NCBI GenBank assembly: GCA_027036135.1
Contig: JALVSY010000016.1
Span: 32,001 to 96,000, forward strand
Origin: Pyrodictiaceae archaeon
Lineage (GTDB): Archaea; Thermoproteota; Thermoprotei_A; Sulfolobales; Pyrodictiaceae
Direction: 5' to 3'
Length of the DNA: 64,000 nt
Shown here: in pieces, positions 20,961 through 31,863 of the stretch
Numbering within the stretch: position 1 is the stretch's first letter
Layout of the letters: each line of letters opens with the position of its first letter
The notes under the pieces: model-generated
The model's input: only the letters and a program-made list of their open reading frames with translations
Databases searched by the model: none
What the model was told of the DNA's origin: nothing
Translations under genes and position numbers: made by a program

Positions 20961-21021
20961 GCTTCTCTCCCTCCTTCTGTAGAAGGGCCTGAGAGCAGGA
21001 GAGCTGGGCAGCAAATCCAGC

Positions 21022-21579
21022 GTGCTCGGAGACGTAAAGGTTCTTGCCGCAGAGGTGGCGGATAACAAGCGCCTACTAGCAATGATGCTCTACCTCTCCA
21101 CGGGCGCGAAGGCGGTCAAGGATGTCGTGAGCCTAAGGGTCTACGAGGCTGGGAAGGTAAGGGTCAAGAAAAGGGTCAAGGAGCGGGTCGAGAAGCCCTG
21201 GGGCACCACCTACGACGATGTAGAGAAAGAGGTTCTAGAGGAACAGTGGAGCTACTACCCGTTGCCCCAGTCCACGGCTTATCGCATACTGAAGAGGCTT
21301 AGGGAGCTAGGCCTGGTAGAGGCCTATAGGGGGCTCGATTACCGTAAGCGCTACTATAAGCTCACAGAGCTCGGTAGAAACGTGGCGGAGAAACTTAAGG
21401 AGCTCCTCATAGAGAAGCTGAAGACAGTCGCTCGCATAGAGAACGGCAAGTACCTAGTAACAGAGAATAAAATAGAGGAGACAATAAGGCTCGAGGCCAG
21501 CCTCGTAGCCGAGGCCCTAGGCTTGAGGAAGGGTGAGACCTATGGCAAGACATACTACGTGGTACCGAAGAAGGTTTAA
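21022..21579 (+). CDS. Winged-HTH (MarR/PadR-like) DNA-binding protein
   Basis: PQSTAYRILKRLRELGLVE...RKRYYKLTELGR. Confidence 0.8.
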   Translation: MLGDVKVLAAEVADNKRLLAMMLYLSTGAKAVKDVVSLRVYEAGKVRVKKRVKERVEKPWGTTYDDVEKEVLEEQWSYYPLPQSTAYRILKRLRELGLVEAYRGLDYRKRYYKLTELGRNVAEKLKELLIEKLKTVARIENGKYLVTENKIEETIRLEASLVAEALGLRKGETYGKTYYVVPKKV

Positions 21580-21592
21580 CAATAAGCCGCGT

Positions 21593-21820
21593 TTGCCCCC
21601 AGTGACTCGCTGCGAGCTCTGCGGTAGGAGCTTGTTGTGCAGGGAGCGCTACCACGTAAAACTAGTGCTCAAGAGAGGCCCGCTCAAGGGCACCGTGTTC
21701 AAAACTCTCCATGTCTGCAAAGAATGCTTAGCAAGGATTAGGGCGGATAAAGAGATAGCGAAAAAGTTCAAGCTGAGGTACTACAAGATGAAGATGCTAT
21801 GTCCCCGTGGCCTCGCCTAG
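21593..21820 (+). CDS. Small basic Zn-finger protein
   Basis: CELCG...HVCKEC; TTG start 21593 is in frame with track ORF 21533..21820. Confidence 0.6.
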   Translation: MPPVTRCELCGRSLLCRERYHVKLVLKRGPLKGTVFKTLHVCKECLARIRADKEIAKKFKLRYYKMKMLCPRGLA

Positions 21821-22123
21821 GTGTTGCTCGGCCTGCTTCTCCACAACTTTCCTAAGGGTGTCGTATGCCGCCTTGTACCATCCATCTATCTCCCATGATG
21901 TGAACCTATACTCGGCCTCTACCTCGCTTAGCCAGTCAGCTATTATGTCGACCAGCTTGTCGTCCACGAGCCCCGCCTTCTTAGCCTCGTAGAGTAGCTG
22001 CAACACCTTGCTCAAAGCCTCGTATGCCGCCTTCGCCTCGACATAGGCCAATACCCTGGGAACAAAATCTGGGTCCACGCTCCTACCAGCCACGAGATCA
22101 AATACATGAACCCACTCCACCAC
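21797..22123 (-). CDS. Hypothetical helical protein (element-associated)
   Basis: 108-aa ORF with GGGGTGG SD, divergent from the AbrB gene. Confidence 0.6.
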   Translation of the reverse strand: MVEWVHVFDLVAGRSVDPDFVPRVLAYVEAKAAYEALSKVLQLLYEAKKAGLVDDKLVDIIADWLSEVEAEYRFTSWEIDGWYKAAYDTLRKVVEKQAEQHLGEATGT

Positions 22124-22148
22124 AAACCACCCCTCTGGCTGGTTCTCC

Positions 22149-22185
22149 GATTCTGTTCAGAATCTGAGCAGACTCAGATATAAAG
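22149..22185. promoter_or_regulatory. Two overlapping inverted repeats next to a TATA box in the divergent promoter
   Basis: GATTCTG-TT-CAGAATC (22149-22164) and ATCTGAG-CAGA-CTCAGAT (22162-22179), then TATAAAG. Confidence 0.55.
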
Positions 22186-22226
22186 CTTTCTTCCCTTACT
22201 CTACTCTGAAGCTGGGTAGAATAACC

Positions 22227-22400
22227 TTGGCGGGTGTTGTGAGGCTAAGAGCTAAGCAGACTAAACCAGGATATCATAGCTACGAGATTACCCTGCCAAA
22301 AGACCTTGTAGAGCTCCTAGGCTGGCAGCAAGGAGACAAACTAGTAGTCGAGCTCCACGAGAAGAGTGGCAAGAAGGGATTATTCATCTACAAGCCCTAG
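22227..22400 (+). CDS. AbrB/MazE/SpoVT-family DNA-binding protein (57 aa, not in ORF track)
   Basis: Hand translation MAGVVRLRAKQTKPGYHSYEITLPKDLVELLGWQQGDKLVVELHEKSGKKGLFIYKP. Confidence 0.85.
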   Translation: MAGVVRLRAKQTKPGYHSYEITLPKDLVELLGWQQGDKLVVELHEKSGKKGLFIYKP

Positions 22401-22407
22401 GAAGGGC

Positions 22408-22484
22408 GGCCCGCGGGGATGATGAGCGCGGCAGGATCGGATCCGTGAAGAGCGGACTTAACGCTGACCCTGAGCCCGCGGGCC
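22408..22484 (+). ncRNA. Box C/D guide sRNA (sRNA-2)
   Basis: C ATGATGA 22419-25, 12-nt guide GCGCGGCAGGAT, D' CGGA 22438-41, C' GTGAAGA 22445-51, 12-nt guide GCGGACTTAACG, D CTGA 22464-67; flanking 10-bp stem GGCCCGCGGG/CCCGCGGGCC. Confidence 0.9.
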
Positions 22485-22602
22485 ATTTAGTATGGGTAAT
22501 GGCACAGTCGCGGATAAGCTTACCGCTGCGTAGGGACCAGCGAGCCAAGAGATAAACTAGTAGCTGAGAACGTGGATTATCTCCTATACGCGGAGTTGGG
22601 CC

Positions 22603-22797
22603 GTGGATGCTACTGTGCTCCCCCGAGCAGCTAGAGAGCTACGAGAAAAACACAACGACATAGCCAGGCTATTCTACAAAGCCCACCTCGAGGGCAGAGG
22701 CGATAAGGCATCCATGATCCTCGCAGACTGGCTACTAGGCGAAATAGACAAGAAGGAAGCACTAAGAAAACTAAAACAACTCCTAGGAGAAGAATAG
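22603..22797 (+). CDS. Hypothetical protein (element-associated)
   Basis: 64-aa ORF with GGAG SD and helical composition. Confidence 0.55.
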   Translation: MDATVLPRAARELREKHNDIARLFYKAHLEGRGDKASMILADWLLGEIDKKEALRKLKQLLGEE

Positions 22798-22821
22798 AAA
22801 CAATAAGCTAGCCCATTGTTA

Positions 22822-22890
22822 TATAGAGGCCAACTAGTCCTCTATAGAGGGGTATGGATTCTTCTTGGAGAGCTCTATAGCCTTATATAT
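22822..22890. promoter_or_regulatory. Repeated (C)TATAGAG boxes upstream of the RHH gene, putative operator
   Basis: TATAGAGG..CCTCTATA inverted repeat, palindrome CCTCTATAGAGG 22839-22850, CTCTATAG 22873-22880, TTATATAT box. Confidence 0.5.
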
Positions 22891-22899
22891 GGGTAGTGG

Positions 22900-23169
22900 G
22901 TGGTGCCTTCCTACTACAAGGGTAGGCGTAGCTACTGTTTCTGGGTGGACGAGGACCTGTTCATAGAGCTGGATAGGGTTGTCGAGGAGATGGGCTACAG
23001 GAGCCTATCCGAGTTCTACAGGGAGCTAACCAGGGAGATTGTAGCGAGCTACAAGGCAGTACGTAAATTTGGCCTCAGGGGCCAGGAAGCCAAGCCATTC
23101 GTATTCGAGTACGTGAAGGAGAAGCTACTAGGCATGCTCAAGGCAAAGAAGAGGAGAACACAGCGCTAA
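22900..23169 (+). CDS. Ribbon-helix-helix (CopG-like) protein
   Basis: RSYCFWVDEDLFIELDRVVEEMGYRSLSEFYRE pattern. Confidence 0.8.
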   Translation: MVPSYYKGRRSYCFWVDEDLFIELDRVVEEMGYRSLSEFYRELTREIVASYKAVRKFGLRGQEAKPFVFEYVKEKLLGMLKAKKRRTQR

Positions 23170-23306
23170 GCAGCAGAGTTAGCTTAACTACCTGAGCCCC
23201 GCACCCGATGAACTCTCATTCAAGCTCCTCTTGGCGAGGCATTCCCGCCTGTCAGGAGAGGCTATCTACGCGTTAACCACAAATTAGACTCCACAAGTAC
23301 TCCCAA

Positions 23307-23563
<257 letters not shown>

Positions 23564-23824
23564 ATCCCTCCGTTGCGGGAGGGTCTCCACTTGTAGAAGA
23601 CCTAGCTATGGGGTTCTGGTTTATATGCTTTGGTCCTTCTCTTGGTGGGACTCGTTTCCCTTGTTCTATTGTTTCCTCTACGAGGCTGGGGATTAGGATT
23701 ATATAGGGAGCAGTGGGTGTGTCTCTCGTAGCGGATGTAGGTGGCTGTTTGAGTCCGCCAGCGCGACTAGTAGTGTGCCAGCTCGGTTTAGAAGCGCTGG
23801 TCTCTTGTGGGGTGAGGCGTCTCG

Positions 23825-24349
23825 GTACAGATACCACTTGATTACGTCTGTGTTAAGAGTGGCGTCCTATGTCCTCGCTGCCAGAGCCTTATTGATACGG
23901 GGGCTGTCCAAGAGTTCGAAGTCGATATTATGAGGGCATTGATAGAGCTTGAGGAAAACGAGGGCATGCAGATACTGAAGAAAGCAACCTATTACAAGTC
24001 ATACATGATTGGTGACGACTTAGTGATTATAGTGATGGATCTCGGTGTTGGTACTAGTGTACCGGTGTTTAGTAGATATGCAAGACAGATAGAGCAAAAG
24101 CTTAGAGAAAAACTAGGTAAGCGGGTAAAGGTTATACCACGTGCCAATGATGTTCGTGGTCTCGCTATGCACCTCTTATACCCAGCACGGATACTTGGCG
24201 TGAACACGCTTTGGTTACCCGATGGCAGCATCGAGTACGTTGTGCGGATACCCCGAAGCGATGCTAGGAGGCTCAGCAAGCACAAGGAGATGTATGAGAA
24301 AATATTGTCAGAGATACTCCGAAAACCAGTTAGAATAAAGTCCACGTAA
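23825..24349 (+). CDS. NusA-like KH-domain transcription factor with N-terminal Zn motif; apparent GTA start
   Basis: Frame is open from 23816 as (V)QIPLDYVCVKSGVLCPRC..., with LLYPARILGVNTLWLPDG downstream; first ATG only at 23930. Confidence 0.8.
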   Translation, partial: VQIPLDYVCVKSGVLCPRCQSLIDTGAVQEFEVDIMRALIELEENEGMQILKKATYYKSYMIGDDLVIIVMDLGVGTSVPVFSRYARQIEQKLREKLGKRVKVIPRANDVRGLAMHLLYPARILGVNTLWLPDGSIEYVVRIPRSDARRLSKHKEMYEKILSEILRKPVRIKST

Positions 24350-24358
24350 GCTGCGTCA

Positions 24359-25528
24359 CTATAGCCCATCGGGTATTTTTACTAATTCTCGTAGAACAAT
24401 GGTAGCATACTCGCCTGGGCCTAGCTCGAAGAATAACAATACTACTTTGTCTCCCAGCACTCTGGCACCTAGATGCTTGGGAAATAGAGCTACTGGTCTC
24501 CAATAGGGCTTCACTCTACCTATGACTGGGAATGGCTTCTCCAATGCATTCTTGCTAAGCCCTACGTGCTCGATTACGTATTCTAGGATTCTGCGTGCTT
24601 CCCCATCTATTCCTAATCGATACCCTATCCCAGGGACGAGGGCAAGAGGTGGGCTTGTTTTTCCTCGCTCACCCTTTATGGGCTCATTTAGCCCGTAGCC
24701 CTTCTCTATCCTCAGGGAGAGATAGAGATTGAATAGGTAAGCTTGTAGTGCTGATGCATAGAGTGACAAGATTTTACGAGAAAGCCCTGCTACATAGTCT
24801 CTCGGGCTACGAGCTTTTCTTACTAGAAGGGACTCGTAGAGAGCACTACCGCAGCCCCGCCACCTTCTTAGCCTGCATAGCTTATTCCCACTGCTCTCAT
24901 CAGGATACGGAGAGTTTAAAAGTTCATCAAGATAGCTAATTAAGTCTCGTGAAAGGAGAGCGAGTCCTAGGAGATGTGTATTCGGTCTCCGTGTTCCGAA
25001 TCTTTGGTATCCATAGTAATTTGGCAGCATCTTTCCTTTAAGCTTATTTATTCTCTCCATGGTTTCTTCGATATTGCCTAGTGGTTCGAGGATTATCCAG
25101 AACTTGTTGCCTAGTGGTGGTTGTTCTTTACACTTCTCGCTATAGCCTACTAGCCTTGCCATTACAGAGCCTTCTCCAAGTCGTAGAAATGCTGGATGCT
25201 CGGCATCGTGTCTGCATGGTATGCAGACGTATTGTAGCGTAGTGGCCTCCGTGTCCTTTAGCCCGAAGAAAAGCGGCTTCCCCATGGCTATGGTTCGTAA
25301 AGCCCTCTTGAGTAATGATACTGCTTGGAGACTTGGTTTCCCCCGTTTAACCAGGGCATAAACACAATATCGTGCCCGCTGTCTCTGAGGAAGTATTGGT
25401 GGCTCCTCGCCGACAATGAAGCATCTTTCTCTTGGTCTACAAATCCTTGCTATGGCTGGGCCGCTAGTCACTCTATACCATAGGCCGAGTAGTCTATCTA
25501 GGCTCCATGGCGACAAATATGTATCCAA
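24359..25528 (-). CDS. truD: tRNA pseudouridine(13) synthase TruD
   Basis: GLKD catalytic motif, GNKF, PNYYGYQRFG, SALQAYLFN and GEYATIVLREL. Confidence 0.92.
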   Translation of the reverse strand: MDTYLSPWSLDRLLGLWYRVTSGPAIARICRPRERCFIVGEEPPILPQRQRARYCVYALVKRGKPSLQAVSLLKRALRTIAMGKPLFFGLKDTEATTLQYVCIPCRHDAEHPAFLRLGEGSVMARLVGYSEKCKEQPPLGNKFWIILEPLGNIEETMERINKLKGKMLPNYYGYQRFGTRRPNTHLLGLALLSRDLISYLDELLNSPYPDESSGNKLCRLRRWRGCGSALYESLLVRKARSPRDYVAGLSRKILSLYASALQAYLFNLYLSLRIEKGYGLNEPIKGERGKTSPPLALVPGIGYRLGIDGEARRILEYVIEHVGLSKNALEKPFPVIGRVKPYWRPVALFPKHLGARVLGDKVVLLFFELGPGEYATIVLRELVKIPDGL

Positions 25529-25573
25529 TTCCTTGCACGCTCGTCGCGGACTATCTAAGCTTGCCCGGAATAA

Positions 25574-25951
25574 TCAGAAGAGCTTGAGCCTACCAGTCAC
25601 CTTGTCAACTAGCGAGCTGGGTGCTGGGCCAACAGCTATTGCGGTAAGCGTGCCAGGAGGTAGCTCCGTGAGCCCTGCATCCCTTATCAGTGACGCTGGT
25701 AGCCCTAATCGTCGTGCTTCCTCGAAGAGTCTGAGTAGCTCTTGCTCACTATTAGCTCTAAGCACGACCTTTTTCTGCCTCTCTTTTCTCCAGTCACGGA
25801 GCCACTTGTGCCAAGTAGTATTAGTGGAGTCTATAATGAGTAGAACCGCCTCCACAGCTGCATGCGCAGCCTGGGCCGCTGCTTTTCCCTTGCTCATCTT
25901 TATGTCGCTTCTAAGCACTATTGATTGCTTATACTCGCTCAAGTGCTCCAT
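25574..25951 (-). CDS. pth2: Peptidyl-tRNA hydrolase Pth2
   Basis: KMSKGKAAAQAAHA, KKVVL and DAGLTELPPGT. Confidence 0.95.
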   Translation of the reverse strand: MEHLSEYKQSIVLRSDIKMSKGKAAAQAAHAAVEAVLLIIDSTNTTWHKWLRDWRKERQKKVVLRANSEQELLRLFEEARRLGLPASLIRDAGLTELPPGTLTAIAVGPAPSSLVDKVTGRLKLF

Positions 25952-26055
25952 GCTTCTCCGCCTCTCAGGATACCGTGGCTCACCAAGTGGCTCTGAGAAG
26001 CATAAGTCTAATAATTAGGCCTCTTATCAGTTCTGCCCGGGGGTGCTAGGGTAAG

Positions 26056-26271
26056 GTGGCGCTGAGCCTAGAGGTTCCGCGCAAGCCCAGCATAGTTGAG
26101 GCTACAAAGCTACCAGTTTGCACGAGTTGTGGTAGGCCAATACCGCCGTGGGAGAAGGCAGTAGCATTTGTCTGCCCGAACTGCGGCGAAGTAGTGATTT
26201 GGCGCTGTGCTCGCTGCAGGAAGATGGGCGTACCCTATAAGTGCCCCAAGTGCGGGTTCGAGGGACCCTAG
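26056..26271 (+). CDS. Small Zn-ribbon protein (DUF1610-type)
   Basis: CTSCG, FVCPNCG, RCARCR and [11 protein letters not shown]; conserved upstream of aEF-1beta. Confidence 0.9.
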   Translation: MALSLEVPRKPSIVEATKLPVCTSCGRPIPPWEKAVAFVCPNCGEVVIWRCARCRKMGVPYKCPKCGFEGP

Positions 26272-26297
26272 AACTAAGGCTTGGAGGCGGGAACACG

Positions 26298-26576
26298 ATG
26301 GCTAAGGTCCTAGTAGTGGTATCGATTTACCCGTCAAGTACTGATATAGATCTAGACCAGTTAGTGGAGAAAATAAAGGCAAAACTTCCCAACGACTATA
26401 ACATTGCTAAATATGATAAGGTACCTATTGCCTTCGGGCTTAATGCTCTCAAGGTCTACTTCGTTATACCGGAGGAGAGTGAGGGCGGTACCTCAAAACT
26501 AGAGGAGCTACTCCAAGGCGTTGAGGGTGTTGAGGAGATAGAAGTAGAAGCTGTTCATAGAATATCCGAGTACTAA
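26298..26576 (+). CDS. ef1b: Translation elongation factor 1 beta
   Basis: PIAFGLNAL and EGGTSKLEE; ATG 26298 after GGAGG. Confidence 0.93.
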   Translation: MAKVLVVVSIYPSSTDIDLDQLVEKIKAKLPNDYNIAKYDKVPIAFGLNALKVYFVIPEESEGGTSKLEELLQGVEGVEEIEVEAVHRISEY

Positions 26577-26817
26577 CGTAATCAGAGTCTTTTCGAATAG
26601 CTCTCTGTATAACATTTTTATTTATGTACTCATAGCCCCTTATTAAACCAGTCCTGCATCTCTCCGTCTTAGAAAAGACTACATAGATAAACCGCTAGGG
26701 TTCTTGCATACTTTATGGGCTCAAGAGACCCTAGTATACCTAGGCGTAGGCGTATACCTAAATTAGGCGCTAAGGGTGTTACCGTAAGGAATAAGGCTCG
26801 TAGAGCTAGGTGAGTAA

Positions 26818-29031
<2,214 letters not shown>

Positions 29032-29220
29032 CACGCATCTAGCTACTCGGCCGGTACTAGTGAATAGGGATATCATTTTTCATTTGTCCTAGAGACGACC
29101 CTTACTTTGGTAAATGAATCTCATAACTGCGCCTCTCTAGTCCCTAATTCATCCTATCTCTTAGTCAGTAGCCTCGATAATGAACATATCCGTATTGGAG
29201 CAGAGGAGGCGGGATGTATT

Positions 29221-29454
29221 ATGAGTATAAATGGGTGGAGAAGTATACCACTATACTATGCTATAGTGGAAGAGCTTGAACGAAGAGGTGGCAGCGCAAA
29301 GGATATCGACATATACCGTGCTCTTAGAGACAAGTATGATTTATCTTTCTCAGAGTTCCTCAAGGAGTTAATGAAGCTAGAAATGCACGGTGTTATTCGT
29401 GTCGAGGTTCTTAAGGAGAATCTTAGGAATATTGAGCTTATAGCCAAGCCTTAA
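29221..29454 (+). CDS. Small wHTH-like protein
   Basis: [21 protein letters not shown]; ATG 29221 after GGAGG-type SD. Confidence 0.65.
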   Translation: MSINGWRSIPLYYAIVEELERRGGSAKDIDIYRALRDKYDLSFSEFLKELMKLEMHGVIRVEVLKENLRNIELIAKP

Positions 29455-29492
29455 GAAGCAGTACTTGTTTGAGCATATACCTGGGGCTAGCC

Positions 29493-30548
29493 GTGGGCGT
29501 TAACATAAGGGAAATAATCCCGCCTGAGGCTATAAAGACAATAGATCTTCCGTTCCTCAAGTACAAGGTAGTTGCTATCGATGCCTATAATGCTCTTTAT
29601 CAGTTCTTAACTGCTATAAGGCAGCCAGACGGCACACCCCTAATGGACTCAAAGGGCCGTGTCACAAGTCATTTGAGTGGACTCTTTTATCGAACAATCA
29701 ACCTCGTTGAGAACGGCATAAAGATTGTGTACGTGTTTGATGGGAAGCCGCCGGAGATGAAGTATACTGAGATAGAGCGCAGGAAGAAGGTGAAGTCAGA
29801 GGCTGTTAAGAAGTACGAGGAGGCGATAAAGCGCGGCGACCTAGAGGCCGCTAGGAGATATGCCCAAATGGCTTCAAAGCTTACCGAAGACATGGTGCAA
29901 GATGCCAAGAAGCTTCTCGAGGCAATGGGTATACCGTATGTACAAGCAAAAGCAGAGGGCGAGGCACAGGCAGCATACATGGCCAGAAAAGGTGATGCAT
30001 GGGCAGCAGCGAGCCAGGATTACGATTCCCTTCTCTTCGGCGCACCAAGGCTTGTAAGGAACCTGGCAATCACGGGGAGAAGGAAGCTTCCACGCAAGGA
30101 CGTCTATATAGAGGTTAAGCCAGAGCTAATAGAACTCAACACACTCCTCAAGGCACTAGGTATTACACGTGAGCAACTCATAGCCATAGGTATACTCGTT
30201 GGCACAGACTATAACCCGGACGGTGTAAAGGGGGTAGGCCCGAAGACCGCGCTCAAAATGGTAAAAGCTCACAAGGACCCAGTAAAGCTTCTACAAAGCT
30301 TACCAAGGCACGAGTTCCCTGTAGACCCGGTAAAGATATACGAGTACTTCCTCAATCCTCCAGTAAATACTGATTATAAGCTAGAGTGGCGGGAACCCGG
30401 CGAGAAAAAAGTATTCGAGATACTGGTCGAGGAGCACGACTTCAACCCGGAGCGGGTAAAGAATGCCCTAGAGCGCCTCAAGAAGGCCTATCGGGAGCAT
30501 ATAAAGGGTAAGCAAACAGGGCTTGACGCCTGGCTAAGGAAACGATAG
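29493..30548 (+). CDS. fen: Flap endonuclease 1
   Basis: [36 protein letters not shown] and C-terminal PIP box QTGLDAW. Confidence 0.97.
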   Translation: MGVNIREIIPPEAIKTIDLPFLKYKVVAIDAYNALYQFLTAIRQPDGTPLMDSKGRVTSHLSGLFYRTINLVENGIKIVYVFDGKPPEMKYTEIERRKKVKSEAVKKYEEAIKRGDLEAARRYAQMASKLTEDMVQDAKKLLEAMGIPYVQAKAEGEAQAAYMARKGDAWAAASQDYDSLLFGAPRLVRNLAITGRRKLPRKDVYIEVKPELIELNTLLKALGITREQLIAIGILVGTDYNPDGVKGVGPKTALKMVKAHKDPVKLLQSLPRHEFPVDPVKIYEYFLNPPVNTDYKLEWREPGEKKVFEILVEEHDFNPERVKNALERLKKAYREHIKGKQTGLDAWLRKR

Positions 30549-30571
30549 AGCCAACTATGCTTAAAGGGATT

Positions 30572-31261
30572 TTAGTACTCGTGGAGATGCCACCCGTACT
30601 CTCCTACTAGAGGTACGAAGAGGACAGGTATCGTAGGCTTTACTTTTATCTCACCATTCTCCTTCTTCTCAACAATGTACAGTACTTGTGAGTAACGATC
30701 ACCAACGGGTATAACCATTTTGCCCCCGGGGCGAAGCTGGTCTATGAGAGGCTGAGGTATATCCGGTGCAGCAGCTGTTACAATTATTCTATCGTATGGA
30801 GCCTTCTCCGGGTACCCCTTTGTGCCGTCCCCCACAATGACGGTGACGCGGTCAGCGTAGCCTGCCCGCCTAAGATTCTCCTGCGCCCTCTTAGCAAGCT
30901 CTGGTATACGCTCAATGCTGTAGACATGCCCCCACTCCTCCCTGGGTGCATCACTCGGCGCTACCATCTCTGCTATAACTGCTGCATGATAGCCAGAGCC
31001 AGTCCCAACCTCAAGCACCTTCATCCCAGTGTCAAGGTCAGCGTACTCGCACATGAGAGCAACCATATGGGGCGCACTAATCGTTTGGCCATGGCCTATG
31101 GGGAGCGGCGTATCCTCGTAAGCTAAGTATCTCAAGTCATCTGGCACAAACAACTCTCTCGGTACACGAAGCATTGCCTTCATTACCTTCTCCGACCTTA
31201 TATACCCTTCCTCAACGAGACTCCTAACTAGGCGTCGCCTAAGCTCCTCAAATCGCTGCAT
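30572..31261 (-). CDS. pcm: Protein-L-isoaspartate O-methyltransferase
   Basis: [25 protein letters not shown] and FVPL. Confidence 0.96.
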   Translation of the reverse strand: MQRFEELRRRLVRSLVEEGYIRSEKVMKAMLRVPRELFVPDDLRYLAYEDTPLPIGHGQTISAPHMVALMCEYADLDTGMKVLEVGTGSGYHAAVIAEMVAPSDAPREEWGHVYSIERIPELAKRAQENLRRAGYADRVTVIVGDGTKGYPEKAPYDRIIVTAAAPDIPQPLIDQLRPGGKMVIPVGDRYSQVLYIVEKKENGEIKVKPTIPVLFVPLVGEYGWHLHEY

Positions 31262-31278
31262 CGGCAGACCTTATCCCC

Positions 31279-31863
31279 GTGATGTCTAGGAGGGCATTAC
31301 TCTTCTTAACGCTTAGCTCACATAAGAGCATCGCGATAATGGATGTTTATGTGGCGGACTCTGCCTTGGCGCTGACTCTGTTGAGATGTAGGGGTCATCC
31401 CGACGTACAGGTATCGCATCCAACAACACTTGAGCTCGAAGAAGAATCATTCCTAACAATACGAGGCGACTGTATAGTATGTATTGAGTGTACCGGTGCA
31501 GACGAGCTTCGTAAGCTTGCAGCGGGGAAGGGGCTCGTAAAGCTCTTCATAGTAGCAATGAATCCTTTCCTAAGTCCTTACATAGCCTATGCTATTGTTG
31601 ATGGTTTTCTCCCAGCTAAGCAGCCTAAGAGGCTCATTGTGAGGAAGAGTACTCATCGAGAAAACAGCGTCATTATCTGCTCATCGCTTAGCGCTTTAGA
31701 GCTGCCTAGCGACTTAAGGAAACTGCTTAGGAGCAATTATACCAAGTGCTATGCATTACTCGTCTCCTCTACCCTCGGCGGCGACGTCGACGCGGTATAT
31801 GAACTTGCGGGGTGCATAGTCAAGGACGCGAGTAGCGCTAATGGAGCCGGGGACAAGGTTTAA
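31279..31863 (+). CDS. DUF371 family protein
   Basis: RGHPDVQVSHPTTLE, LTIRGDCI and IVRKS. Confidence 0.8.
   Translation: MMSRRALLFLTLSSHKSIAIMDVYVADSALALTLLRCRGHPDVQVSHPTTLELEEESFLTIRGDCIVCIECTGADELRKLAAGKGLVKLFIVAMNPFLSPYIAYAIVDGFLPAKQPKRLIVRKSTHRENSVIICSSLSALELPSDLRKLLRSNYTKCYALLVSSTLGGDVDAVYELAGCIVKDASSANGAGDKV

Noticed and set aside
23170-23262. Possible third C/D sRNA (CTGA 23192-23195, CGATGA near 23206) and a following hairpin
   Set aside because: No upstream box C or downstream box D at 12-nt spacing, and no guide match recognised
25416-26018. Long antisense ORFs (this one, 35224..35766, 36841..38106, 44652..45179, 59399..59854 and similar)
   Set aside because: Ser/Pro-rich shadows of well-supported genes on the opposite strand
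26695-26770. Imperfect inverted repeats upstream of cdc48
   Set aside because: Short and gapped, with nothing supporting a specific function
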